Part shown: piece after piece, positions 1 through 8,538 of the stretch | How the letters are laid out: the number at the start of each line of letters is the position of its first letter | How positions within the stretch are numbered: the stretch's first letter is position 1 | Assembly: GCA_963759415.1 (NCBI GenBank) | Contig: CAVWZG010000003.1 | Coordinates: 735,031 to 799,030 of the forward strand | Length of the DNA: 64,000 nucleotides | Source of the DNA: an uncultured Verrucomicrobiae bacterium | GTDB taxonomy: Bacteria > Verrucomicrobiota > Verrucomicrobiia > Limisphaerales > Palsa-1400 | Reading direction: 5' to 3' | Program-made: the position numbers and the translations under genes | Notes under the pieces: model-generated | What the model was told of the DNA's origin: nothing | The model's database searches: none | Seen by the model: the letters and a program-made list of their open reading frames with translations, nothing else

Positions 1-3000
1 GTTCGCGTCGTAACTGTAGGTGGTCGTGTTGTATTGCCAGTCGGTAACGGTTTTGAGCCGGTTTATCGCGTCGTAAGCATACGTCACGGTTTTGCCGCCC
101 GGATAGGTTATACTCGTGCGGTTGCCGTTCTTGTCGTAGGCGTAGCTGACAGTCTTGCCGTAGCAGTCGGTGACGCTGGTGAGGCGGTTGAGGGCGTCAT
201 ACAAATAGGTCGTCGTGCCCAAAGCGTCAGTCATGCTGGTGCGGTTGCCGTTGTTGTCGTAACCGAACGTCACCGGCGTGCCGGTGGGATAGGTGATTTG
301 CGTGCGGCGATTGTTGGCGTCGTAAAGGTAGGTGGTGGTCTTGCCGTTCGGGTCTTTCCGGCTGACGAGGCTGCCGACGGCGTCGTAACCCAGTTGCGTG
401 ACACCGCCCACCGGGTCGGTGGTTTGCGACAAACGGTTCAGGGCATCGAAAACATTCGTGGTGGTGTGGCCGTTGGGGTCGGTGGTGAAAAGGCGGTTGC
501 CGACATTGTCGTAAGCGTTGACGACCGTGCCGCCGGCGGTGTCGGTGAAGTTGGTGAGGCGGCCCATCCGGTCGTAGGCAAAGAAATTGGTGCGGTTCAG
601 CGGGTCAATCCCCTGAAGGCGACGGCCCAGCGCGTCATAAACGGACGCGGTTGTGCGGCCGAGCGCGTCCTGGGTGGAAACCAGCCGATTCAGGGAATCG
701 AATACGTTCGTGATGGAGTTTCCCAGCGCATCCACAGTGTTGGTGCGGTTCCCGTTCGGGTCATAAGAGTAGCGCGTGACGGCGTTCACCGCGTTGGTGA
801 CGGCCAGCAGGTTGCCATTGGCATCGTAGCCAAACCGCGTGACGCCGCCCATTGCATCCCAAACACGGATTTTGCGGTCGAGGGCGTCGTAATCGTTGGT
901 GACGGAATTGCCCAGCGCATCGCGGGTGATGATGAGGCGGTCTTTGACATCGTAGATGCTCGTGGTGGTGTAGCCGCGAAAATCAGTCGCCGAGACGCGA
1001 TTGTTGTTGCCGTCGTAGATGAAACTGTTGGTCTTGCCCAGGGCGTTGACAGAGGCGGTCAAATTATCGGCGCTATCGTAAATGAAGAGATTGGTGTGGC
1101 CCAAGGCATCCACCGATTTGAGTTTCCGGCTGGCGGCGTCATAGGCGAAGGCGTTTGTGCCGCCGACGGCATCCCGGGTCAGAATCAGGTTGCCGAATGA
1201 GTCATAGGCGTTCGTCGTGATGTTTCCGTTGGCATCCTGCACGATGACAGGCTCGCCGAAAGCGTCGTATTGGTAGGTGTTAGTCTTGCCGATAGAATTA
1301 AATGTGTTGGTGAGATTGCCTTTGGGATCGTATTTGAAAATGGTCAACCCGTTTTGGGCGTCCAAGCGGTTGGTCGGATTATTCAGGGCGTCGTAGGCAA
1401 TCGTGGTGGGCTGGGCAAATGGGTCGGTTTTGGAAATCACGTTCCCGTTAGCATCGTAAGCGTATGCCGTAGATTTGCCGTTCTTATCAATGACCTGTAT
1501 GCGGTTGTTGTTGGTGTCGTATTGGAAGAACTGCTTGTTGCCCAGGTTGTCGTCAATTTCCTTCACGCGCAATTGGGGGTCATAATGGTAATAAGAAACA
1601 TTGGTCATCGCGTCAACCACCGTGGTGATGCCAGAGACAAAATCGTAGGTGAACGTCGTCGCACCCTGGAGCGCGTCTTTTTGCGAGGAAACGACGCGTT
1701 GCAGGTTGTCATATTGCATGCTGACAAAGGTGTTGCCGCGCGGGTCAATGGCGTTGGTCACCTGGTGATATTGGTCGTAACCGAACTGCGTCAAGCCGCC
1801 GCGCGTGTCCGTCACGCTGACAAGATTGGTATTGGCGTCGTAAGCAAACCGGACGGTGCGGCCCAGCGGGTCGGTGATGTTCGTCAGGCAGTTGTTGGCG
1901 TTGTAGGCAAAGCTGATCACGCGCCCAACGGTATTGGTAATTGTGGTGAGTGCGATTCCAGTGTAGCCCAGCGAAACGGCGTTGTTGTTTTTGTCCGCGA
2001 TGGAAGTGAGCTGACCCGATGAATTGAAATTGTATTTCTGCTGTTCTTTCGTGGTCAGGGTATAGTTGCCGCCACTGGTGGCCAGGACATTGTAAATGCC
2101 GGGCTGGCTGAAGTAGCCGCCCGCGCCGTTGGTGGCATACATTTCCGCATGTCCGTCGCCAAAAGTGATGACCACGGCGTTGTTGGTCTGGCTGACGGCA
2201 AGGCCGATGTTGTAAGAATCCGTCCAGCCGTAACCGAGCGGCAGTCCCGTGCTGGCGGTGGCCTTGGAATTGTAAAAGCGTTGGAATTCAAATGGCAGGC
2301 CACGCCCCGGAAGCCGGAGGTCAACGTGGTTGTAGGTGTAATTGCCGGTGGCGAGATTCACCGGGTCTTTGGAAGTGGGCTGCGCGGGATTGCTGTTGCC
2401 CAGGGCCTGACCGGTAATGGTGATGATCAGAGGCTGGGTATTCGCGGCTATTTTCCCGCATGAATCTGTAACCTGGAGATAGACGTTGTAGGTCGTGACG
2501 GAGCCGGGCGACGGATAATAAGTGTGTGATGGATAGGAACCCGTGCCGGTGCCGCCATCGCCAAAAGTCCATAGGTAGGACGCGATGCCACAAGAAGTCG
2601 AGGAACCGGTGGAAGCTGCTCCGTTGAAGGTGATGGTGACGGCGCTGGCGGGTGACGGAGAGCGGTTGTTGCAGTTGGGGACTGACGTTGGTGTGCCGGT
2701 TGTTTGGGAACTGATGGTGAACGCTGCACTTTGGTTCCAAAACATGGCCAACCCGCTGGAATTGACGGCGATGATCTGAACGATTGCTTGGCTGGAGTTG
2801 GCCGTAGTGGGAATAGACCAACTTCCCGAAACTGCTGAACCGGAGGCAAAGTAGCCGTATGGCTGCCAAGCCGTGCCGCCATTCAGAGAGTAATTCAGCG
2901 CGAAGTAGCTGACAGAAGGATTGGGGGTGCCATTCACGGTCCAAGATATGGTTTGGGATGTGCCGGCGGTCCAGGTTGTTGTGCTGGTGGGGGAGGTCAC

Positions 3001-5805
3001 GGCGAGTGATGGGGTGCCTGCGGTTTGCACACTGAAACTCATTGTGCCCGATGACTTTCCGTCGGGGTTGTTCACCTTCACTGTCCAGGTGCCGGAATCG
3101 CTGCCGTTGTTCAATTGGTAGTTGATCTGGGTGCTGGAAACGAAGGTGAGCTTGGCGGCGGTGCTGTTGATGTTCGCCCCGGTCGGCGGATCGAAGGTGA
3201 GCGTGGCGCCGTTCTGAAAATTGTTGCCGTAAATGGTGAGCGTCTGGTCGCTGTTCAACGGCGGCATCGAGGTGGGTGACACGCTGGTGATCGAAGGCGC
3301 TAGCACCACGGTGGTGACCGTGAAGCTCATTGTGCCGGACGATTGTCCGTCGGGGTTGTTCACCTTCACCGTCCAGGTGCCGAAATCGCTGCCGTTGTTG
3401 ATTTGGTAGTTGATCTGAGTGCTGGAAACGAAGGTGAGCTTGGCGGCGGTGCTGTTGATGTTCGCCCCGGTCGGCGGATCGAAGGTGAGCGTGGCGCCGT
3501 TCTGAAAATTGTTGCCGTAAATGGTGAGCGTCTGGTCGCTGTTCAACGGCGGCATCGAGGTGGGTGACACGCTGGTGATCGAAGGCGCTAGCACCACGGT
3601 GGTGACCGTGAAGCTCATTGTGCCGGACGATTGTCCGTCGGGGTTGTTCACCTTCACTGTCCAGGTGCCGGAATCGCTGCCGTTGTTGATTTGGTAGCTG
3701 ATCTGGGTGCTGGAAACGAAGGTGAGCTTGGCGGCGGTGCTGTTGATGTTCGCCCCGGTCGGCGGATCGAAGGTGAGCGTGGCGCCGTTCTGAAAATTGT
3801 TGCCGTAAATGGTGAGCGTCTGGTCGCTGTTCAACGGCGGCATCGAGGTGGGTGACACGCTGGTGATCGAAGGCGCCGTTCCCGCGACGGTGAAGGATGC
3901 GGAGACTGCGTAGTCGTTGGCGGTAGTGGTTTGTGTGAGAACACTGGTGTTGTCGGCGATCACCCAGACGTAGTAGGTGCCCGGGGCAAGCGAGGCGGGA
4001 ACGGTGACCGTGGTGCTTTGGTTGATTGTCGCGCCAGCGGCAATCGTTCCGGTCGCCACGCCGCTGCCGACGTTGTTGGCCGAATTGCCGTAACTGGAAC
4101 CGGAGCTGGTGATGCGCACCTGGCTTTGGGACGAGGCGGCGGCTGACGAACCATTGTTGCGGATCTGCCAACTGACCGACAAGGAAGCTCCTGGCGCCAC
4201 GCTGCTGGAACCACGCGTCACGTTCAATGTCTCCACATCCACCGTCCCCGCGACGGTGAAGGATGCGGAGACTGCGTAGTCGTTGGCGGTGGTGGTTTGT
4301 GTGAGAACACTGGTGTTGTCGGCAACCACCCAGACATAGTAGGTGCCCGGGGCAAGCGAGGCGGGAACGGTGACCGTGGTGCTTTGGTTGATTGTCGCGC
4401 CAGCGGCAATCGTTCCGGTCGCCACGGCGCTGCCGACGTTGTTGGCCGAGTTGCCGTAACTGGAACCGGAACTGGTGATGCGCACCTGGCTTTGGGACGA
4501 GGCGGCGGCTGACGAACCATTGTTGCGGATCTGCCAACTGACCGACAAGGAAGCTCCTGGCGCCACGCTGCTGGAACCACGCGTCACGTTCAATGTCTCC
4601 ACATCCACCGTCCCCGCGACGGTGAAGGATGCGGAGACTGCGTAGTCGTTGGCGGTGGTGGTTTGTGTGAGAACACTGGTGTTGTCGGCAATCACCCAGA
4701 CGTAGTAGGTGCCCGGAGCAAGCGAGGCAGGAACGGTGACCGTGGTGCTTTGATTGATCGTCGCTCCAGCGGCAATCGTTCCGGTCGCCACGGCGCTGCC
4801 GACGTTGTTGGCCGAATTGCCGTAACTGGAACCGGAGCTGGTGATGCGCACCTGGCTTTGGGACGAGGCGGCGGCTGACGAACCATTGTTGCGGATCTGC
4901 CAACTGACCGACAAGGAAGCTCCTGGCGCCACGCTGCTGGAACCACGCGTCACGTTCAATGTCTCCACATCCACCGTCCCCGCGACGGTGAAGGATGCGG
5001 AGACTGCGTAGTCGTTGGCGGTAGTGGTTTGTGTGAGAACGCTGGTGTTGTCGGCGATCACCCAGACGTAGTAGGTGCCCGGGGCAAGCGAGGCGGGAAC
5101 GGTGACCGTGGTGCTTTGGTTGATTGTCGCGCCAGCGGCAATCGTTCCGGTCGCCACGCCGCTGCCGACGTTGTTGGCCGAATTGCCGTAACTGGAACCG
5201 GAGCTGGTGATGCGCACCTGGCTTTGGGACGAGGCGGCGGCTGACGAACCATTGTTGCGGATCTGCCAACTGACCGACAAGGAAGCGCCCGGAGCCACGG
5301 TGCTGGAACCACGCGTCACGTTCAAAGGCTCCACGTCCACCGTCCCCGCGCTCGCGACGGTGAAGGATGCGGAGACTGCGTAGTCGTTGGCGGTGGTGGT
5401 TTGTGTGAGAACACTGGTGTTGTCGGCAACCACCCAGACATAGTAGGTGCCCGGGGCAAGCGAGGCGGGAACGGTGACCGTGGTGCTTTGGTTGATTGTC
5501 GCGCCAGCGGCAATCGTTCCGGTCGCCACGGCGCTGCCGACGTTGTTGGCCGAGTTGCCGTAACTGGAACCGGAACTGGTGATGCGCACCTGGCTTTGGG
5601 ACGAGGCGGCGGCTGACGAACCATTGTTGCGGATCTGCCAACTGACCGACAAGGAAGCGCCCGGAGCCACGCTGCTGGAACCACGCGTCACGTTCAACGG
5701 CTGCACATCCACCGTGCCAAAGCTTTGGGCTGCACTGAGCCACAGAACGATTGAACTGAGGAGAACAATCTGGATGCTACCTTTTTTTCCTCGAATAATA
5801 TTCAT
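1..5805 (-). CDS. Giant secreted RHS/YD-repeat protein, 3' end cut by window edge (signal peptide, 5 CARDB-like modules, 3 IPT/TIG-like modules, PKD domain, RHS/YD repeats)
   Basis: Own translation of the minus strand, in the frame whose codon first bases fall on coordinates divisible by 3. ATG at 5805-5803 gives MNIIRGKKGSIQIVLLSSIVLWLSAAQSFG (signal-like), then TVDVQPLNVTRGSSSVAPGASLSVSWQIRNNGS...PGTYYVWVVADN (CARDB-like). 2640-2470 reads YLWTFGDGGTGTGSYPSHTY (PKD motif). 2340-2281 reads YTYNHVDLRLPGRGLPFEFQ (RHS core entry). 60-1 reads RLKTVTDWQYNTTTYSYDAN (YD repeat). The frame is the same at all check points. The ORF is absent from the supplied track, apparently because it has no stop inside the window. 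Confidence 0.85.
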   Translation of the reverse strand, partial: MNIIRGKKGSIQIVLLSSIVLWLSAAQSFGTVDVQPLNVTRGSSSVAPGASLSVSWQIRNNGSSAAASSQSQVRITSSGSSYGNSANNVGSAVATGTIAAGATINQSTTVTVPASLAPGTYYVWVVADNTSVLTQTTTANDYAVSASFTVASAGTVDVEPLNVTRGSSTVAPGASLSVSWQIRNNGSSAAASSQSQVRITSSGSSYGNSANNVGSGVATGTIAAGATINQSTTVTVPASLAPGTYYVWVIADNTSVLTQTTTANDYAVSASFTVAGTVDVETLNVTRGSSSVAPGASLSVSWQIRNNGSSAAASSQSQVRITSSGSSYGNSANNVGSAVATGTIAAGATINQSTTVTVPASLAPGTYYVWVIADNTSVLTQTTTANDYAVSASFTVAGTVDVETLNVTRGSSSVAPGASLSVSWQIRNNGSSAAASSQSQVRITSSGSSYGNSANNVGSAVATGTIAAGATINQSTTVTVPASLAPGTYYVWVVADNTSVLTQTTTANDYAVSASFTVAGTVDVETLNVTRGSSSVAPGASLSVSWQIRNNGSSAAASSQSQVRITSSGSSYGNSANNVGSGVATGTIAAGATINQSTTVTVPASLAPGTYYVWVIADNTSVLTQTTTANDYAVSASFTVAGTAPSITSVSPTSMPPLNSDQTLTIYGNNFQNGATLTFDPPTGANINSTAAKLTFVSSTQISYQINNGSDSGTWTVKVNNPDGQSSGTMSFTVTTVVLAPSITSVSPTSMPPLNSDQTLTIYGNNFQNGATLTFDPPTGANINSTAAKLTFVSSTQINYQINNGSDFGTWTVKVNNPDGQSSGTMSFTVTTVVLAPSITSVSPTSMPPLNSDQTLTIYGNNFQNGATLTFDPPTGANINSTAAKLTFVSSTQINYQLNNGSDSGTWTVKVNNPDGKSSGTMSFSVQTAGTPSLAVTSPTSTTTWTAGTSQTISWTVNGTPNPSVSYFALNYSLNGGTAWQPYGYFASGSAVSGSWSIPTTANSSQAIVQIIAVNSSGLAMFWNQSAAFTISSQTTGTPTSVPNCNNRSPSPASAVTITFNGAASTGSSTSCGIASYLWTFGDGGTGTGSYPSHTYYPSPGSVTTYNVYLQVTDSCGKIAANTQPLIITITGQALGNSNPAQPTSKDPVNLATGNYTYNHVDLRLPGRGLPFEFQRFYNSKATASTGLPLGYGWTDSYNIGLAVSQTNNAVVITFGDGHAEMYATNGAGGYFSQPGIYNVLATSGGNYTLTTKEQQKYNFNSSGQLTSIADKNNNAVSLGYTGIALTTITNTVGRVISFAYNANNCLTNITDPLGRTVRFAYDANTNLVSVTDTRGGLTQFGYDQYHQVTNAIDPRGNTFVSMQYDNLQRVVSSQKDALQGATTFTYDFVSGITTVVDAMTNVSYYHYDPQLRVKEIDDNLGNKQFFQYDTNNNRIQVIDKNGKSTAYAYDANGNVISKTDPFAQPTTIAYDALNNPTNRLDAQNGLTIFKYDPKGNLTNTFNSIGKTNTYQYDAFGEPVIVQDANGNITTNAYDSFGNLILTRDAVGGTNAFAYDAASRKLKSVDALGHTNLFIYDSADNLTASVNALGKTNSFIYDGNNNRVSATDFRGYTTTSIYDVKDRLIITRDALGNSVTNDYDALDRKIRVWDAMGGVTRFGYDANGNLLAVTNAVNAVTRYSYDPNGNRTNTVDALGNSITNVFDSLNRLVSTQDALGRTTASVYDALGRRLQGIDPLNRTNFFAYDRMGRLTNFTDTAGGTVVNAYDNVGNRLFTTDPNGHTTTNVFDALNRLSQTTDPVGGVTQLGYDAVGSLVSRKDPNGKTTTYLYDANNRRTQITYPTGTPVTFGYDNNGNRTSMTDALGTTTYLYDALNRLTSVTDCYGKTVSYAYDKNGNRTSITYPGGKTVTYAYDAINRLKTVTDWQYNTTTYSYDAN
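3030..3876. repeat. Three tandem ~288-bp coding modules = IPT/TIG-like domains (APSITSVSPTSMPPLNSDQTLTIYGNNF...)
   Basis: The string gtcggggttgttcaccttcac.gtccaggtgccg.aatcgctgccgttgtt recurs at 3061, 3349 and 3637 (period 288). Shadow ORFs at 3343 and 3631 are near-identical. Confidence 0.85.
3877..5715. repeat. Five tandem near-identical ~366-bp coding modules (one of 372 bp) = CARDB-like domains of the RHS protein
   Basis: The track shows the same shadow ORF (MCENTGVVG.HPD.VGARGKRGGNGDRG...) restarting at 3931, 4297, 4663, 5029 and 5401. Spacings are 366, 366, 366 and 372 bp. The nucleotide strings are almost identical by eye. Confidence 0.9.
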
Positions 5806-5892
5806 GCCAAATCTGCCCATAAAATATCCATGCCTTGACCGTGTCTGATTTCCGACTTTCGTGACAGTCTGCCAGATTCCTGCGCCGTGCAT

Positions 5893-6003
5893 AGACGGCT
5901 GAACGGCCTACACCACATTTGAGACCTGAAACCTGAAACTTGAGGCTTGAAAACAAAGCGGTCTGAACGAAAAGCTGAAATTCTGAAAGCTGAAACGCTG
6001 AAA
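5893..6003 (-). promoter_or_regulatory. Conserved upstream motif pair, copy 1 (upstream of RHS gene); function unknown
   Basis: agacggctgaacggcctacac lies at 5893-5913 and gaaattctgaaagctgaaacgctgaaa at 5977-6003. Both recur upstream of the C39-like gene. Motif 1 lies 88-108 nt upstream of the ATG at 5805. Confidence 0.45.
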
Positions 6004-6061
6004 GTCCGAGCCGGACGGGGCAGCGAATTCAAAAGCAGATATTCTGAAAGATGGATTGAAG

Positions 6062-7598
6062 TCACTGCACTGAAGCGCGGAAATATTGGCCGCTCAATGC
6101 CGGACTGATGGTGTTGGTGATCAGGAGCGTTGAACCGGTCACGACATTCGTTTGAATCGGAGACCACTCCTTCAAGTCGGTTGAAACATGAAGGACAACT
6201 TTCTTTCCCGTCGAGAGCCCGGTCAAGGTGGTTTGTAGTTTGCCACCGGCAACCGAACATCCGTCAAAAAAAGGTGCTGGGCTTATACCGCTCGCGTAGA
6301 TAATGCGAACAACCGTGTTCAGATTCGGGTGACCGTAATTGTAGCCAGGCCAATCATATTTCGCACCGGCTCCATTTGGGTTGGGATAAACCGACGCCTT
6401 GTTGCCATACGAGTCATTAAAAACCAGCGTGTGCTGCCCGCTGACATAGCCAATACAAGTGATGTAGTGGCCTGAGGTTGTGATAGACGTCAGGACAACC
6501 ACCGGGTGACCGGCGTCAATTTCCGAACAAATTTTCGCAAATCCGGTTTCTCCAGGAGCGGCATCATCAACGGATGACGTTAATCCGTGGTAGGAAATGT
6601 AATCGCTTAAGCGTTGGCTTCGTTGCAGTGAATTTCCAGGGTTGTCTTGCAAGAAATACCCAAAACCACCGTAAAAGCCAATATCCCACGTGTCCCACGC
6701 CGCAGAAGACGGAATATTGAAAGTGTGCCCGTTGTAGGTGTAGATGCTGGAAACATAGAATCCGTAGTCAGAAATATGCGAGCCGTTGCGCGTGCAAGTG
6801 ATTGGATTTGCGGGCAATTTTCCGGTAATATTGAATTGCCATCAAGGCAGCAACTGCATTGCAACAGTCATTTCCAGCAGTAAAACCATCGGCCGTGTCG
6901 TATAGCTGGTGGATATAGGGCACGCCTGAGAGTTGGACTGTGCCTCCGCCTGATGAATTAACCGTAAAGATGGCTCCGCTGCTGGTCCCGCCGCCGGGGG
7001 TGGGAGTGTAAATGGTGACGGTTGCTGATCCAGCCGGGGCGATGTTGGCGGCGGGAACTTGGGCGGTCAAGGCGGTCACCAAACCGCCAGCGTTCACGGT
7101 TGCGGTTGTTGTCAGGCTGATACCATTCCAGCGCACAACCGAATTTTGAGCGAACGTGCTGCCATTGACCGTCAGGTTGAACGCCCCTCCCCCGGATGAC
7201 GCACTGGATGGCGACAACGACGTGATTACCGGGGCCGGTGCTTGCACACTAAAACCGTAGGTCGAGGAGGTGACACTTCCGGGATTGATGGCTTGGGCCG
7301 TCCAGGTGCAGGCATCCGTGCCAAAAGTCGCGTTAACTTGAAGCTGCGAACTGGTGATATACGTCGTCACCAAGGTGGCATTCCCCGCAGGCGCAACGCC
7401 GACCGGCGGCCAGGCCAATTTCACCTGCGCACCACTGACAAAGCCAGACCCGTAAACGGTGAAAGTCTGTTTGTTGTTTGAACCCGTCACTGGATCCGGG
7501 GATACACTCGTGATGCTGGGCGCTGCCACTGCCGTACAAAAAAAGGAAGAAGACGCCAGGGAGAAAACCAACAGCAACCGAACAATATAAATTGGCAT
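6062..7598 (-). pseudogene. Secreted IPT/TIG-repeat + peptidase C39-like (papain-fold) protein, reading frame broken by a 1-nt shift near 6817-6826
   Basis: Frame A (from ATG 7598) reads MPIYIVRLLLVFSLASSSFFCTAVA (signal), two IPT-like modules, then VPYIHQLYDTADGFTAGNDCCNAVAALMAIQYY (Q...C motif of C39-like peptidases). Frame B (ORF 6062..6817) continues with GKLPANPITCTRNG...SGHYITCIGY...VFNDSYG (His and Asn/Asp region). The switch occurs at tattaccggAAAAttgccc. Confidence 0.6.
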
Positions 7599-7674
7599 TT
7601 TGATTTTGTTTGCTTGAGCGCAGAGAATCATCCCGACTCCCGTGCAATTATTGGCAGATTGCGAGGATTTGAAC

Positions 7675-7743
7675 AGACGGCTGAACGGCCTACACTTTGA
7701 ACCGAAGGGAAAATGGGAAATTCTGAAAGCTGAAGCGCCGAAA
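7675..7743 (-). promoter_or_regulatory. Conserved upstream motif pair, copy 2 (upstream of IPT/C39-like gene); function unknown
   Basis: agacggctgaacggcctacac at 7675-7695 is identical over 21 nt to copy 1. gaaattctgaaagctgaagcgccgaaa lies at 7717-7743. Motif 1 lies 77-97 nt upstream of the ATG at 7598. Confidence 0.45.
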
Positions 7744-7807
7744 TCGGGGTTCGGAGGAGGACGTGGCAGGTAGTTCGGAGATGGGGATGATGAGGGCAGC
7801 CCGTGGC

Positions 7808-8185
7808 TCAGTCTTTCTGGAGGCGGGAGGGCGGGGTGTGCAGGCGGCATCGTCCGGCGCGGTGACGGGGGCAAATGGGCGGTAACACGGCGGTTTCTGA
7901 CAGGGTGAGCGCGACCAGCTGTTCCACAGTCCGCAACACAAGCTCGGTGCGGCTGGTGACGGTGAGTTTCTTAAAAAGCCGATTCAGATGCATGTGGACG
8001 GTGTGGGGCGAAATCTTGAATCGTTCGGCAATGTCCACCTCATGTTTATTGTCAAAGACGCCCTGGACGATCTGGATCTCGCGCTTGGTGATGCCGAGCG
8101 CCTTGGCGATCTCGGACCATGCGTGGTCGCTGAGGATGGCGGCTCCGAGCAATTTCCGCTGTTGAGGTAGTCGGGGTCGCGGCAT
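7808..8185 (-). CDS. LuxR/GerE-type HTH transcriptional regulator
   Basis: ITKREIQIVQGVFDNKHEVDIAERFKISPHTVHMHLNRLFKKLTVTSRTELV matches the GerE-type HTH pattern. Confidence 0.75.
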   Translation of the reverse strand: MPRPRLPQQRKLLGAAILSDHAWSEIAKALGITKREIQIVQGVFDNKHEVDIAERFKISPHTVHMHLNRLFKKLTVTSRTELVLRTVEQLVALTLSETAVLPPICPRHRAGRCRLHTPPSRLQKD

Positions 8186-8212
8186 GGAATTAGGCCAGGT
8201 TGTGCGGGTTGC

Positions 8213-8536
8213 TCATTCGTGTTGCCGGGCGCGCCAGCGGGTGAGTTTGAGGATGCGGCCGAGGCGGATGGCGTAGAGGGCTTTGGCGCCACGGCCCTGG
8301 CGGGGGACCGAGACAGAGCCGGACAGGATGAAGCAGATGTCATTGTCGGAATTCCCTTGTGTGAGAATCTCGCGGTTGGCAGGGAATTCCTGGCGTGTGG
8401 CCGCGGTAGCCAGCGCTTGGGCGACTCGTTGGTCCCCGGCGACTATCTCCTGGCCGCGCAGGGCTTCGATGAAGCGCACCCTTCCGGCACGGCCGGTGAA
8501 GCGCTGTATTAGACCTGGGCTGCTCTTGGTTGCCAT
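8213..8536 (-). CDS. Short cyclic-nucleotide-binding-like domain protein (partial domain)
   Basis: FPANREILTQGNSDNDICFILSGSVSV resembles the beta-barrel start of cNMP-binding domains, and the domain appears incomplete. ATG at 8536 lies 2 nt after the DUF262 gene stop. Confidence 0.4.
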   Translation of the reverse strand: MATKSSPGLIQRFTGRAGRVRFIEALRGQEIVAGDQRVAQALATAATRQEFPANREILTQGNSDNDICFILSGSVSVPRQGRGAKALYAIRLGRILKLTRWRARQHE

Positions 8537-8538
8537 AC

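Noticed and set aside
34-2022. Plus-strand ORFs 34..1200 and 1270..2022
   Set aside because: These are V/G/A/R-rich antisense shadows of the RHS repeat region. The minus strand reads canonical YD-repeat sequence here.
3030-5715. Possible CRISPR array or DGR variable/template repeats, suggested by the strict periodicity
   Set aside because: The units are 288 and 366 bp with no spacers. They lie in frame inside a coding gene. No cas genes or reverse transcriptase are present in the window, and the differences between units are few and scattered.
2321-5743. 1140-aa minus-strand ORF, the longest ORF the track lists in this region
   Set aside because: Its translation is an R/Q/H-rich periodic string with no domain-like sequence. 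It is an off-frame reading of the tandem-repeat region. The frame starting at ATG 5805 gives clean signal-peptide, CARDB, IPT, PKD and RHS sequence instead.
6818-7874. N-terminal extension of ORF 6768..7874 (MPPSPRRTMPP...)
   Set aside because: The P/S-rich extension runs across the conserved upstream motifs. A Met followed by a clear signal peptide (MPIYIVRLLLVF) at 7598 is the plausible start.
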